The notes under the pieces were generated by a model. That model did not search any database and was not told the origin of the DNA. It saw only the letters and a list, made by a program, of their open reading frames with translations. Positions 24,781-36,094 of a stretch of 64,000 nucleotides of DNA are shown here, piece after piece. A program made the position numbers and the translations under genes. Origin of the DNA: Leucoraja ocellata (lineage: Eukaryota); assembly GCA_036785375.1 (NCBI GenBank), contig JAWMAR010000424.1, positions 620,001 to 684,000 of the forward strand. Direction: 5' to 3'. Position 1 is the stretch's first letter, and each line of letters opens with the position of its first letter.

Positions 24781-25707
24781 CAAAGATCCTATAGCGGAGC
24801 AAGATAGGCTACTCCTGCGAAATGCGATGGGCTGACGTGTAGTACGCTATGGAGGCGATCCTGGGCATTTTTCCCCGCCCATTTTAGTAACCGGAGCCTA
24901 CCTGACCCGACCCGACCCGACTCGCAGTGTTATCAACGTTGTGGGGGAACAGTTTGTGTGTGTGATATAGGGTTAGATTCATAATTCTGTTAGTTCATAC
25001 TTCTGTTCATTCTTGTTAAAGAATTAAATGTTTATAAACACACAAACATGAATGTGATATAAATGTATATACTCATATAACACACAGAATTATAGTTCTT
25101 CTGATTTTTATATCCAATAATGAACTTTATTTCAGACTAGACAAGGGACATTAAATAAGAAACATTGTAAACCTCCCCGCAACTTCACACACACTAAGCC
25201 CTAACCCCCCCCCCCCCCCCGGCACTCCCTCGCCTCCCCCCACACTACAATGTCTCCCCCCCCGCCTATGCTGTAGTCCCTTAACCCACCAGCCCTCAGC
25301 CCCCAACCCCACATCTCTCCCCATGCTTTCTGCACCCCGGCCCCTACCCCACCTCTCTCTCCCAAAGATCTTATACCGGAGCTCCGCTATAAGATCTTTG
25401 CTCTCTCCCTCCCCCGGCCCTACTTAACCTTCCTGCGCCACCACTACCCCACTTGCACTACTCCCTTCCTCTCTTCCAGCTGCCCCGGACCGCACACCCC
25501 CCCTCTCCCCGGGCCGTGCACCCCTTCTCCCCACCCAAGTCAAAGACTTGCGAAGATACGGGAGCGGAGGTGGAAGCAAAGATCCGATCTTTGGCCGGAA
25601 GCAAGATGGCGGAACAAGATGGCGTAGGCTGGTTGCTAAAATGAGTCCTATAATCACCCATGAATCTGCCCAGGAGTAGGCCATCTTGCTCTGCTATAAG
25701 ATATTTG
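24781..25707. mobile_element. Non-autonomous P-superfamily-like DNA transposon (MITE)
   Basis: TIRs CAAAGATCCTATAGCGGAGCAAGAT and ATCTTGCTCTGCTATAAGATATTTG, CA...TG termini, and an 8-bp TSD ttcctgac/gtcctgac (7/8). Confidence 0.8.
25363..25400. mobile_element. 38-bp TIR-TIR remnant of the same family (probable excision footprint)
   Basis: CAAAGATCTTATACCGGAGCTCCGCTATAAGATCTTTG, flanked by a perfect 8-bp TSD CTCTCTCC (25355-62 and 25401-08). Confidence 0.8.
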
Positions 25708-26013
25708 GTCCTGACCTACTCTCTACCATCAGACTGTAATTGATCAGACTTTACTGTACTTTATATTGCACTAAACTATATTCAAGTTACTCCCTGTATC
25801 CTGTATCTACACCGAGGATGGCTCGAATGCAATCACGTATAGCCTGTCCACTGACTGGAGAGCACACATACTTCAGTACACGTGACAACAAAACTAAAAT
25901 AATTGCCAGTTTGAGTGCATTTGTTCTGGGAAAAGGCAGGTTTGTTTACCGCAACTGCACTATAATAAAATTGAGCAATATCTAAACTTTGTCTGTTTTA
26001 TTTTTCCAAATAG

Positions 26014-26325
26014 GAACTCCAATGCTTTCTGATATCATTCTTGAGCCAGAAACTCCATTCTATGGCCAGCCTCTAGTTCTTAAATGCAACGTGACCAATT
26101 TTTCTCAGAATGGAATCTCCACCAATTGGCTAATGGACAATGAACCTATTTTGAAAGGAGTCAGGAATACAGACCCCAGGGAGGAACAAGATGGAATTTA
26201 TCAGTTGTGCTCCTGTCTGGACCTGACACCCACAGCTTTACATTACAACAAGAAACTTGTCTTTGAGGTGAAAAATGAAGTTACATCTGAAGTTATTACC
26301 AAACACTTATATTTACCACTTCCAG
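26014..26325 (+). CDS. Ig receptor exon g: post-TM C1-like domain 5 (F-strand Cys replaced by Phe)
   Basis: Acceptor tttttccaaatag|GA and donor CCAG|gtaagt, phase 1-1, 312 nt. LKCNVTNFSQNGISTNW...QDGIYQLCSCL...LVFEVKN. Confidence 0.88.
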
Positions 26326-26925
26326 GTAAGTGAAACTGGTGGGAAGCCTTAACTTAAAAAAATTGTTAACAAGGATGGAATTGATCAGTCGGGTACTAAG
26401 GTTTTAAAAGTAAACTTTGGGTGGCGCAGAGGTGGAGTTGTGGACTTGCAACACCAGACACTCGGATTCGATCCTGACCTCGGGTGCTATCTATGCCGAG
26501 TTTGCATGTTCTCCCCTTGACCGAGTGGGCTTCCACCGGGTGCTCTGGTTTCCTCCCACATCCCAAAGAGCTGCAGGTTTGGAGGTTAATTGGCTTTGGT
26601 AAAATTGTAAATTGCCCCTTGTGTGTAGGTTAGGGCTAGTGAATGGGCTGATCGCTAGTCGGCTTACTCAGTGGGCCGAAGGCCCTGTTTCCACTATGTA
26701 TCTCCAAAGTCTAAAGTAAAAGTTAATTGACCTCTGTAAATTGTCCCCTACTGTATGGGGAGTGGATGAGAAAATGGGATAACATAGAACTAGTGTGAAC
26801 ATGTTAGCGATGGCCAGCGTGGATTAGCTAGGCCTAAGAGCCCAGCTTGCAGTATTTCTGAACTAAACTATCCACTGTCGAAAGTGAGACCATCTCAATA
26901 TGTGCATATTCTACTCTATTTTAAG

Positions 26926-27233
26926 GTAATTCCCCCAATGTGTCTGAAATCAACCGCAAAGCTCAAGAGGAAAGCACAGTGGCATCTTTCATGGTTTCGT
27001 TGACTGATTATGTACCTCAGAAAATTGAGGTGAAGTGGTTCAAAGGAGAACAACGCTATGTAGGGCCTGTCCATAATAGTCAACCTCGGGTTGCCACCAC
27101 TGGCCTCTTCTCTTCAACAACAGAAATACAATTTATTCCAGAACCATCTGATCATGACTTGGAAATCAGATGTGAGATATTTCATCTGGAAACAAAGAAA
27201 AGGATTTACCGAAAGTGTCGCTTAACATTTTGA
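26926..27233 (+). CDS. Ig receptor exon h: post-TM C1-like domain 6 (B-strand Cys replaced by Val), ends in TGA
   Basis: Acceptor ctctattttaag|GT, phase 1. SFMVSLTDYVPQKIEVKWFKG...TGLFSSTTEI.FIP...IRCEIFH. The TGA at 27231-33 is followed by G|gtaaat. Confidence 0.85.
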
Positions 27234-28117
27234 GGTAAATATGACATTGCCTCCAAAGCATGGTTTCGACAAGGCTAGGTTTTAAAATAGCTAGTTTATT
27301 CCCAGCTGTTATCATGCAATTGAACCGTCATCTCACCAACTAGATTGCAGTCCTGACCTCCCTTCCAACTTTATCTTGCACTAAATGTTGTACCCTTTTA
27401 AATTTATGAGTCATGGGAGCAGAATTAGACCATTCGGCCCATTGAGTCTACTCCGCCATTCAATCATGGTTGGTGCATCTTTCACTCTCAACCCCATTCT
27501 CCTGCCTTTATCTGTTCACTTTGGACAGTTTGATTTTACCATGCATAGTCTTTCCGCTGACTAGTCTTCTACTGACTGGATAGCATGCAACAAAAAACAT
27601 TTCACTGTACCTCGGTACATGTGACAATAAACTAAACTAAACCATTGGATCATATTGCCATTCCTGGCAAAATGTCATGTAATCAATGTGCTGGAGTGAC
27701 TCAGCGGGTCAGGCAGCATCTATGGAGAACATGCATAGGGATGACGTTTTTGGTCGGGTCCCTCCTTCAGATTGATTGTGCTGGGTGGAGGAAATCTCAT
27801 AAACTATCATGTCGGAAGGAACTGAGGCTGATCGAATGTCGGTACCTGTACCTGGTTTACAGGTACCTGTAATACCTGTAAACTCCACTATCATATCTGC
27901 CTCCACCACCACCACCACTGGCAGCTTTGAAGGCTCCACCATCCTCTGTATAAAAAAAAAACTCACCCCGTACATCTGCTTTAAACTCCTTAAATCTCCT
28001 TTAAACTGGCTACTCGCGCTTTCAAGCTACGGCCTCTTATATTTGATATTTTCACCCTGGGGGGAAAACGTTCTGGCTATCTACCCTAAATATGCCTCTC
28101 ATAATTTTATATACTTA

Positions 28118-28600
28118 CTAGACTAAGTGGGACCCATTGGGGGACCTGTTTGGGGTGGGGCTGGGCTGCTTGGGGCTGGGCTGCTTGGGGTGGGGCTGGG
28201 CTGCTTGGGGTGGGGCTGGGCTGCTTGGGGCTGGGCTGCTTTGGGTCCCTCCGAAAGTCCGGTTGGAAACCTTCCGCTGGCCACCCTTATAAATACGCGA
28301 TGGCGCAGGAAGGGGCCGATCGTCACGGAGAGTGACGGGAAGAGACTAACCCGCGCGGCGCTGATTGCCAGGTGAAGAGATCGATCTGCGCACGCGCGGT
28401 TTTTAAGATTTATAAACCTCGCTAACATTTACGACATTCAACCAATCTGAACGAAACTTGGTGCAATCGCAGCACAGGAGAACGGTGAGTGAACTGGCGA
28501 AAAATCATAGCGTTATCGCGAACCATTTTTGCGTAAATAGAATGACCGCCAAACCGGAAGATAAAAAGATCAGAGTTTTAGGTATGTGTAGATAGATAGA
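28118..28600 (-). mobile_element. Non-autonomous Helitron
   Basis: The minus strand begins TCTATCT...AAAA and ends with a GC-rich, degraded hairpin followed by acttagtCTAG|T. Internal ggggctgggctgctt repeats. Confidence 0.6.
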
Positions 28601-28914
28601 ATATATCAGGTTTCCCCTCAATCTCTGTCGTTCCAGAGAAAACAATTCAAGTTTGTTCAATCTTCCCGTGTTGGTAATGTGCCTAATTCAGGCTGTTAAC
28701 CACAATGACCTTGCAGTTTGATGCAAGGCAAGGAGATCATAAAAATGTAGGTGTGTTAGGGTAACTAACACAGCAATGCGGGATGTGAACATTCTTGAGT
28801 TTTGTTGAAGGGACATTGACTCTGTTTCTCTCTCCACAGATGCTGCCTGGTCTGCTGACTATTTCCAGAGGGATTTTGTACCAATATGTAAAGTTAAATC
28901 TTGCCATAAGCTGT

Positions 28915-30875
28915 GAGCCTTGGAGGAGTTGGAGGATCAATCACTATAGCAGTTTTGGGAACTAAGGAGCAAACTAAAAAAGGAGACCAGAAGGGCAAAA
29001 GAGGGCCAGGAGATAGCACTGGCCGGCAGCATAAAAGACAATCCCAAAAGATTTTATGAATACATAAGGGGGAAAGGGGGAACTAGAGAGCGAGTGGGAC
29101 CTCTCAGGAATAAAAGCGGCCATCTCTGTGTGGAGCCACAGGAGATGGGAAAGGTGCTCAATGAGTATTTCTCCTCTGTATTAACCAAGGAGAAAGACAG
29201 TAGGACAGAAGAAATTGGAGTAGTCACTGGAAGTATCATGAGAGCAGTCAGGGTTATCGTCGAGGAAGTACTGAAGGTACTGTCGTATTTAAAGGTAGAC
29301 AAATCTATCAGATACTAGACCAAGTGCAGACCCGTTGGGTCTGCTCCCCCAATGGTGTGATCCCCCAACCCAATATTCCACCATGCACCCGTCTCCTCCA
29401 ACGGAACTGAACCCGTTCCCAAATGTAAGATTCCAGCACTCCCCTGCCTCCCTCAGCAGTGGATTTAAAAAAAATCCAATTGCACCTCCCCTGCCCGCTG
29501 CAGCAGTTCCAATTGCAATACCAATTGGCCCTCCCCCTCCTGTTGAAGCACTTGCTGTGCTATCCCATTGAGGTGAAAAGTTCAGAGTGTTCCTGTCTTG
29601 CAACTTTGTTTTGAAGTGTGTTGGAAGCTGATAGGAAGGAGCAGCCGTCAACGAATCAAAAGGCAGAATGGTAGCCGGACGGCAGGCGGCAGCCACACAG
29701 TTTTAATATATAATAGATATCCGAGAACATTGCGTGAAACTAGAGAGGAAATTGCGGGAGCCCTTGTTGAAATTTACGTGTTGTCCTTAAATACAGGAGA
29801 GGTGCTTGAGGATTGGAGAGTGGCAAATGGTGTGCCTCTTCAAGAAGGGCTGCAGGGAAAATGCTGGGAACTATAGGCCAGTGAGCTCAACATCTGCAGT
29901 TGGTACGTTACTGGAGAGTATTCTGAGGGATGGGATATCCTGGCATTTAGACTGTCAAGGCTGATATCAGCATGGTTTTGTACATGAGAGGTCGTGTCTC
30001 ACAAATCTGATTGATTTTTTTGAAGACATGAGCAAAAAGATTGATATTTGCACATGGACTTCAGTGTGGACTTCGACAAGCTGCCGCATGGTAGGCTGCT
30101 CCAGAAGGTTATATCTCATGGGATCCAAGGAGAGATAGCTGAATGGATAGCAAATTGGCTCCCTGGAAGGAAGCAGAGGGTGATGGTGGAAGGTTGCTTC
30201 TCAGAATAGAGGCCTGTGACTAGTGGTGTGCCACAGGGTTCGGTGCTGGGCCCGTTACTGTTTGTCATCTGCATTAATGATTTGGATGAGAACATACACG
30301 GCAAGATTAGCATGTTTGCTAATGATATAAAAGTTAAGTTTTTGCAGATAGTGAAGATGGTTGTGAACAATTGCAGCAGGGTCTGGAACGATTGGTCAGG
30401 TGGGCGGAGGAATGGTTGATGGAATTTAATACAGAGAAGTGTGAGGTGAGGTGTCGAACAAGGGCAGGCCTCTGGGTTGTGTTGTAGAGCAGAGAGATCA
30501 AGGAGTGCAAGTGTACAAGTGCATGATTCCTTGAAGGTCGAGTCGCAGGTAGATAAGGTGGTCAAAAAGGCTTGGCACTTTGGCCTTCATCAGTCAGTTG
30601 CAGTTTGGAGGTCATGTTGCAGTTGTATAAGACGTTGGTGAGGCTGCATTTTGAGCATTGTTTTTAGTTCTGGGCAAAATGTTCTATGAATGATGTTGTC
30701 AAGCTGGAAAGGATACAGAAAGGATTTACGATAATGTTGCCAGGACTAGATGATGTGAACTATAGGGAGAGGTTATGTAGGCTGGGTCTCTATTCCATGG
30801 AGCGTAGGAGAATGAGGGGTGATCTTATAGAGGCATACAAAATCATGAGAGGAATAGATCGGGTAGATGCACATG
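28915..30875 (+). mobile_element. Decayed CR1 ORF2 interrupted by a Helitron
   Basis: GPLRNKSG...[26 protein letters not shown] and LERIQK.FT.MLPGL. Confidence 0.85.
29315..29717 (-). mobile_element. Non-autonomous Helitron (403 bp)
   Basis: Minus strand A|TCTATTATATATTAAAA...GCAGACCCaacGGGTCTGC-acttggt-CTAG|T. It has a 5' TC, a perfect 8-bp hairpin and a 3' CTAG, sits between A and T, and has no TSD. Confidence 0.82.
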
Positions 30876-32446
30876 ATATATACATCTGTTGCTTCCAATT
30901 GCTGCCAATACACAGCATATTTTAATTCAGAGCAATTTGATATTGGCAAGTTAGGCGAGATCATGACTCATCTTTGAGATTTACAGGAGCGTTCAGGAAC
31001 TTCCAACGGAATATCTAACATAGCATATAATGTACATAAAACAGCACAGCATAGGTACAGGCCCCACGTCCCACCAAGTCTGTGCCAAACATGATGCGAA
31101 GACTTAATTAATCTCTGCCTGCATGTGCTCCATATCCTTCCGTTCCCAGTATATCTAAAAGCCTGTTAAACACCACTATGGTATCTGCCTATACTGCCAC
31201 TCCTGGCAGCATGTTCCAGGCACCCACCTCCTCTGCAGAAAAACCTGCCCTATACGTCCTTTAAACTATTACACTTCCAACCTCCGAGCTATGCCCCCTA
31301 ATATTTGATATAATGTTGGATATACATTTACTGATGATAACTGTAAGGTGCAGATACTCCATTCTGTAAAATTAAGGCCACAAAAGACCAGACATTTCGT
31401 GTAAAATTATCCCTCATCTCACTGTTACAATTCTTCCCATTACATTCCATTCAAACATTATGTTCAAATGCCATTGACAAAAAAGTCAACTTTTTTTTCC
31501 CCAGTTGGAGAATCTAGAACCAGAGGACACAGGTTTAAGGTGATAGGGGAAAGATTTAAACGGTAACTGAGGGACAGCTGTATCACACAGAGGGTAGTGG
31601 GTGTATGGAACGAGCTGCCAGGCAAGCTAGTTGACTGATTTACTGATCTGAAGAAGAATCGTGTCCAGAAACGTCATCTCTCCATTCCCTCCAGAGATGC
31701 TGCCTGACCTGCTGAGTTCCTCCAGCACTTTGTGTTTTGTTATCATCCCGAGTATTAATGATGTAACCTGTAAATGCTTAAAAGTTGAAATACATTTTAA
31801 AAGCATTTCAGATGCAATCTCAATATATTTTCAAAATCATTATTTTATCCCAGTCTTCCCAAAAGATTTGCTTAATGTTTCCATTATACTCAAATATTTG
31901 AGGATTTAAATGTTTCTGTTGTGTAGGTGATTTTGAATGTTTTCTGTAAAGATTATGTTTTTCATTAAAATATTTGCTATTAAATAACAATGCATTCCTA
32001 GAGTATTTTAGTTCCTTTCTTACATATCTTGACCTAAATGATTTCAAAGCTATTTATGTTGCATAATTACTTGAAATAACCTATTCCATATTGAAAAATG
32101 GCCAAGAGATGCTGAATATTGGTTAAACATATTGGTTAATTTGTTTATTGTTTTGCGCTCTTATTGAGGATTAGATACCTATGATGGGCAATCCTGGACA
32201 TCAAATATGTCTCATTTGACAACACAAGGAACTGCAGACACTGGAATCTTGAGTAAAACACAAAGTGCTGGAGGAACTCATTGGGTCTGGCAGCATTTGT
32301 GGAGGGAATGACATTGCACGTCAGGACCCTTCAGACTCATGAAACATCATGTGTCCATTTCCTCCATGGATGCTGCCTGACCTGCTAAGTTCCTCCAGCA
32401 CCTTTACTCGTGACTATTTGACATCCAGTAGGGGACAAGATCGTTT

Positions 32447-32620
32447 TACACCAAGCTGGAGTAACAGCGGGACAGGCAGCATCTCCGGAGTGAAGGAATG
32501 GGTGACATTTTCGGGTCGAGACCCTTCTTCATTCTGAAGGGTTTCGACCTGAAACGTCACCCATTCCTTCTCTACAGAGATGCTGCCCGTCCCACTGAGT
32601 TACTGCAGCTTTTTGTGTCT
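32447..32620. repeat. About 170-bp palindrome made of two inverted Penelope 3' ends (similar units at about 21370-21530 and 32258-32405)
   Basis: The left arm gctggagtaac...cagcatctc...gggtgac.tttcgggtcgagacccttc is complementary to the right arm gaagggtttcgacctgaaacgtcaccc...gagatgctg...gttactgcagc. Confidence 0.75.
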
Positions 32621-35600
32621 ATAGGGACATTGCATGCAGTCGAGGTCACGACTCGTGACCCGTACTGTTGCCACGCAACGCCAACTGCAGTACACGCGAT
32701 GAACTGCAGGTAAGCATTTATTATGGCTGGCAGTACAGCGGGCCCTTCTTCTGGCCCAGCATCCGGACTGGTTGCACAGCCGTGGACCCCGGGACGTCTA
32801 TCCCTGCGGCCGGGGGTGGTAGGAGGAGGAGGAGGAGGTGGTGGTGGTCGAGGGGGGGGGGGGGGGGGGGGGGAGGAAGAGGTCGGGGTGTCGGTGCAGT
32901 GATTGGGTGGGTGGAGGGAGCAGACCGTCCCCAACTCTGCTGCAGCTGACGTTGCCTGGAGCCGCGGCCACGCTCCACCCGTCCTTGCTCCACCCGTCCC
33001 CGCTCCCCTGTCCCCGCTCTCCCCGGCCCCGTGTGTGGGCGATGCCGACCCACAGCCCCGGATAGTGCGGCCCACAGGGGGAGACGGGTCAGAGGGTGGC
33101 CATGGCCTGAGAGCGCTGACGGGGGGGGGGGGGGGCGGGGGAAGAATAGGGGCTGTACCGAGGGATGCGCTTCTTCGGCCGCTTACACCTTGGTGCTCAG
33201 ATTCGGAGCAAAGATTTCCCGCTTTCAATGACAGTACCCACAAATATTTATAGCGCAAAAAATGACAATTTCTGCTTTTTAACAGGTAAGAAGGTACAAG
33301 TTCTGTGTGTTAACAGTGTGTGCCGGAAGCTGCCATGTCCTCCACATGGATTGAGCTGCTACGTGTGTCACGCCCTTTGACCCGATGACCTTGCGTGCAA
33401 CCCCCGCCCATAGAAAATAGGTGCAGGCCATTCGGGCCTTCATGCCAGCACCGCTTGGTTTTTAGCTTAAATCAGCATCTGCAGTTCCATCGTACACCAG
33501 CTTTTTACATTGTGCCTTTTAAAATTTCAGTTCTCACTTTGAACCACAAAGTTCCCCACAGATGTCAGGCCGGCACAGTGACACAACTGGTAGAGCTGCT
33601 GTCAGTGTCAGAGACCCGGGTCCGGCCCGGTCCGGACTAGTTCTGGGCCTGTTTCCGTGCTGCCTCTCTCAAATCAATTGACAAACTAGTTGACAGATGT
33701 TCAGTTATCATCACAACAATTCAATCGCCAGTTCTACATTCTCTACATTGTCTTTGTTCTTAGGAGTATAAACACTCGATGTAATTTGAATTTGCGGAGA
33801 TTCTCGCAGGCGGGAGGTAGTCGGCTACTGAGTGCTCTCCCCAGTGTCGGCTTCTGTTGACAAAAAACTCTCATTGGTCATCGCTCTGTCCGACTGCTCT
33901 CTCTGGCCACAGCGGTAGAGTTGCTGCCTTACAGAGCCACAGACCCACCCGTGTTCCATCCTGACTATGGGTGCAGTCTGCATGCAGTTAGCACTTTCTC
34001 CCTGTGACCATGTGGGTTTTATCAGAGATCTCCAGTTTCCCCCCCAAGCTCCAAAGACATACAGGTTTGTAGGTTAATTGCCTTCAGTTAAAAAAAAATG
34101 TAAGTTGTCCCTAGTGTGTGTAGAATACTGTTAGTGTGCGGGGATTGCCCACCGGCGTGGACTCTGCGGGCTGAAGGGCCTGTTTCTGCACCCTATCTCT
34201 AAACTAAAATCTCTTTCCTTCTGTAATCTCTGCAGTCTGTACATCTGGGATCCAGCCACAAAATGCTGAAGTAACTCAGTGGGACAGGCAGCATCTCTGG
34301 ATACAAGGAATGAGTGACGTTTTGGGTCGAGACATCTGGGATCAATATGTCCTCTCACTCTCCAATCTGTCTGCGATCTCTGTGTGTGATGTCTCTGTTC
34401 TCTGTGTTCTGTCGGTGATCTGTGTGTGTGTTATCTCTGTAATCTCCAAGATCTGAGATTTCTGTCTGTCTCTGTGATCTCTGTTCTCTGTCTGTAATCT
34501 CTGTGATCTCTCTCTGTGATCTGTTGGGATCTCTGCCTGATCTCTCTTTGCCTGGGATCTTTGTCTATGGAAATAAATTCATTATCTCACTGTCTGAGAT
34601 TTCTCTCTCTGTCTGGGATCTCCCTCTGTCTAGGGAAAGAGGTCCTTGCTCTCACTCTGGAGAGACTCTGATCTGGCTGATGTCTCTGTTTGGGGAAAGA
34701 GACCTGCTTTCTGTCTCCGATCTCTCCCTGCCTGGGATAGGGGTTCTCCCTCTCCCTCTCCCTCTCCCTCTCCCTCTCCCTCTCCTCCTCCCGACTCTCT
34801 CCGGGCAGGCTGCGCTCCGTGAGACACAGCCTCTCCCCGCCCACCTGCAGCGGAAGTGAAACCAGCACAGAGAGAGAGAAGGGAGCGGGGGGAGAGAGGG
34901 GAGCGGGGGGAGCGGGGGGAGAGAGGGGAGCGGGGGGAGAGGGGAGCGGTGAGAGCATTGAAGGGCCTGTTTCTCTGCTGTACTGTTGTATGTATAATGG
35001 TCAGTACCAAGATTACAGGCCGAAGGGCCTGATCCTGTGCTGTTCTATACGTTATGGGCAGCACGGATATTGTGGGCCAAAGGGTCTGAAACTGTACAGC
35101 ATTATTTAAGATTCTTGGGGTTCCTGACAGGATAGTTGTTGCGATGATTTCGCTGGTGGGAAAGTCATGATCAAGTGGAAATAGCCACAAAGTAAGGAGT
35201 CAATCATAGAGCCGTACAGCACAGAAACAAGCCCTTCAGCCCAACTTGTCCATGCCGACCAAGACCCACATCGAAGCTAGTCCCTTTTGCCTGCGTTTGG
35301 TCCATATCTGTCAAAACACTTCCTATCCATATACCTATCTTTTAAATGTTATAGTACCGGTCTCAACTAACTCCTCTGGCAGCTTGTTCCATATATCACT
35401 GTGTGAAAGCGTTGCCCTTCAGCTTCTAACCCCTCACCTTAAACTTCTGCCCTCTAGCTCTTAATTCCCCTACTCTAATTGTGTATTCTATGCCCCACAT
35501 GATTTTGTACACCTCTATAAGATCATCCTTCATCCTGCAAGGAATGAAGTCCTAGACTGCTCAAACTCTCCATGTAATAAATGAAACATGAAGTTAAAGC

Positions 35601-36094
35601 GACGAGTGGAAAGGCTTGGTGGAAAGATAGTCAGTCTCCGCCTATTGAAGGGGGAGGAGTTGTGTAGTTTGATAGAACTGGTTTGGCAAGTCAGAGTGCT
35701 GATTAACCTAAAACCCACATGTTGTTTTTGGGCGTGGGAGGAAACTCATGCAATCGCAGGGGGAACGTGCCAACTCTGTATGTAAATTGTCCCTAGTGTG
35801 TAGGATAGTGCCAATGTGTGGGTATCACTGGTCAGCACAGACATTGTGGGCCGAAGGGTCTGTTTCCACACTGTATCTCTATAAAGTCTAATTAATTTAA
35901 TGTAATGAACATGATCCCAAATTCAACTTATCTCCTCGGCCTGCATGTGATCCACACCCACCCAGTTACTGCACATCCGTGCCTATCTAAAAACCTGTCA
36001 TATCTGCCTCTAGCAGCATGTTCCAGACACACACCACTCTCTGCATGCAAAAATAACTTGCCCTGCACAATTCCTTTCAACTTATATCACTGAA

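Noticed and set aside
15156-27233. Six tandem C1 exons as an immunoglobulin heavy-chain constant region (IgW/IgNAR-like)
   Set aside because: The TM exon precedes rather than follows them. I saw no J segments, RSS or secretory tail, and several domains lack canonical cysteines.
13474-27233. Assigning a gene symbol (NCR3LG1, TAPBPL, SIRP) or ITIM/ITAM motifs
   Set aside because: Only family-level C1 similarity is visible, the N-terminal exons are outside the window, and I found no canonical ITIM or ITAM.
32572-33258. Pro/Gly-rich ORFs in several frames
   Set aside because: They arise from GC-rich low-complexity sequence and poly-G runs.
34330-34960. ORFs with PLPLPL/ERERER runs
   Set aside because: These are translations of (tctctg)n, (ccctct)n and G-rich simple repeats.
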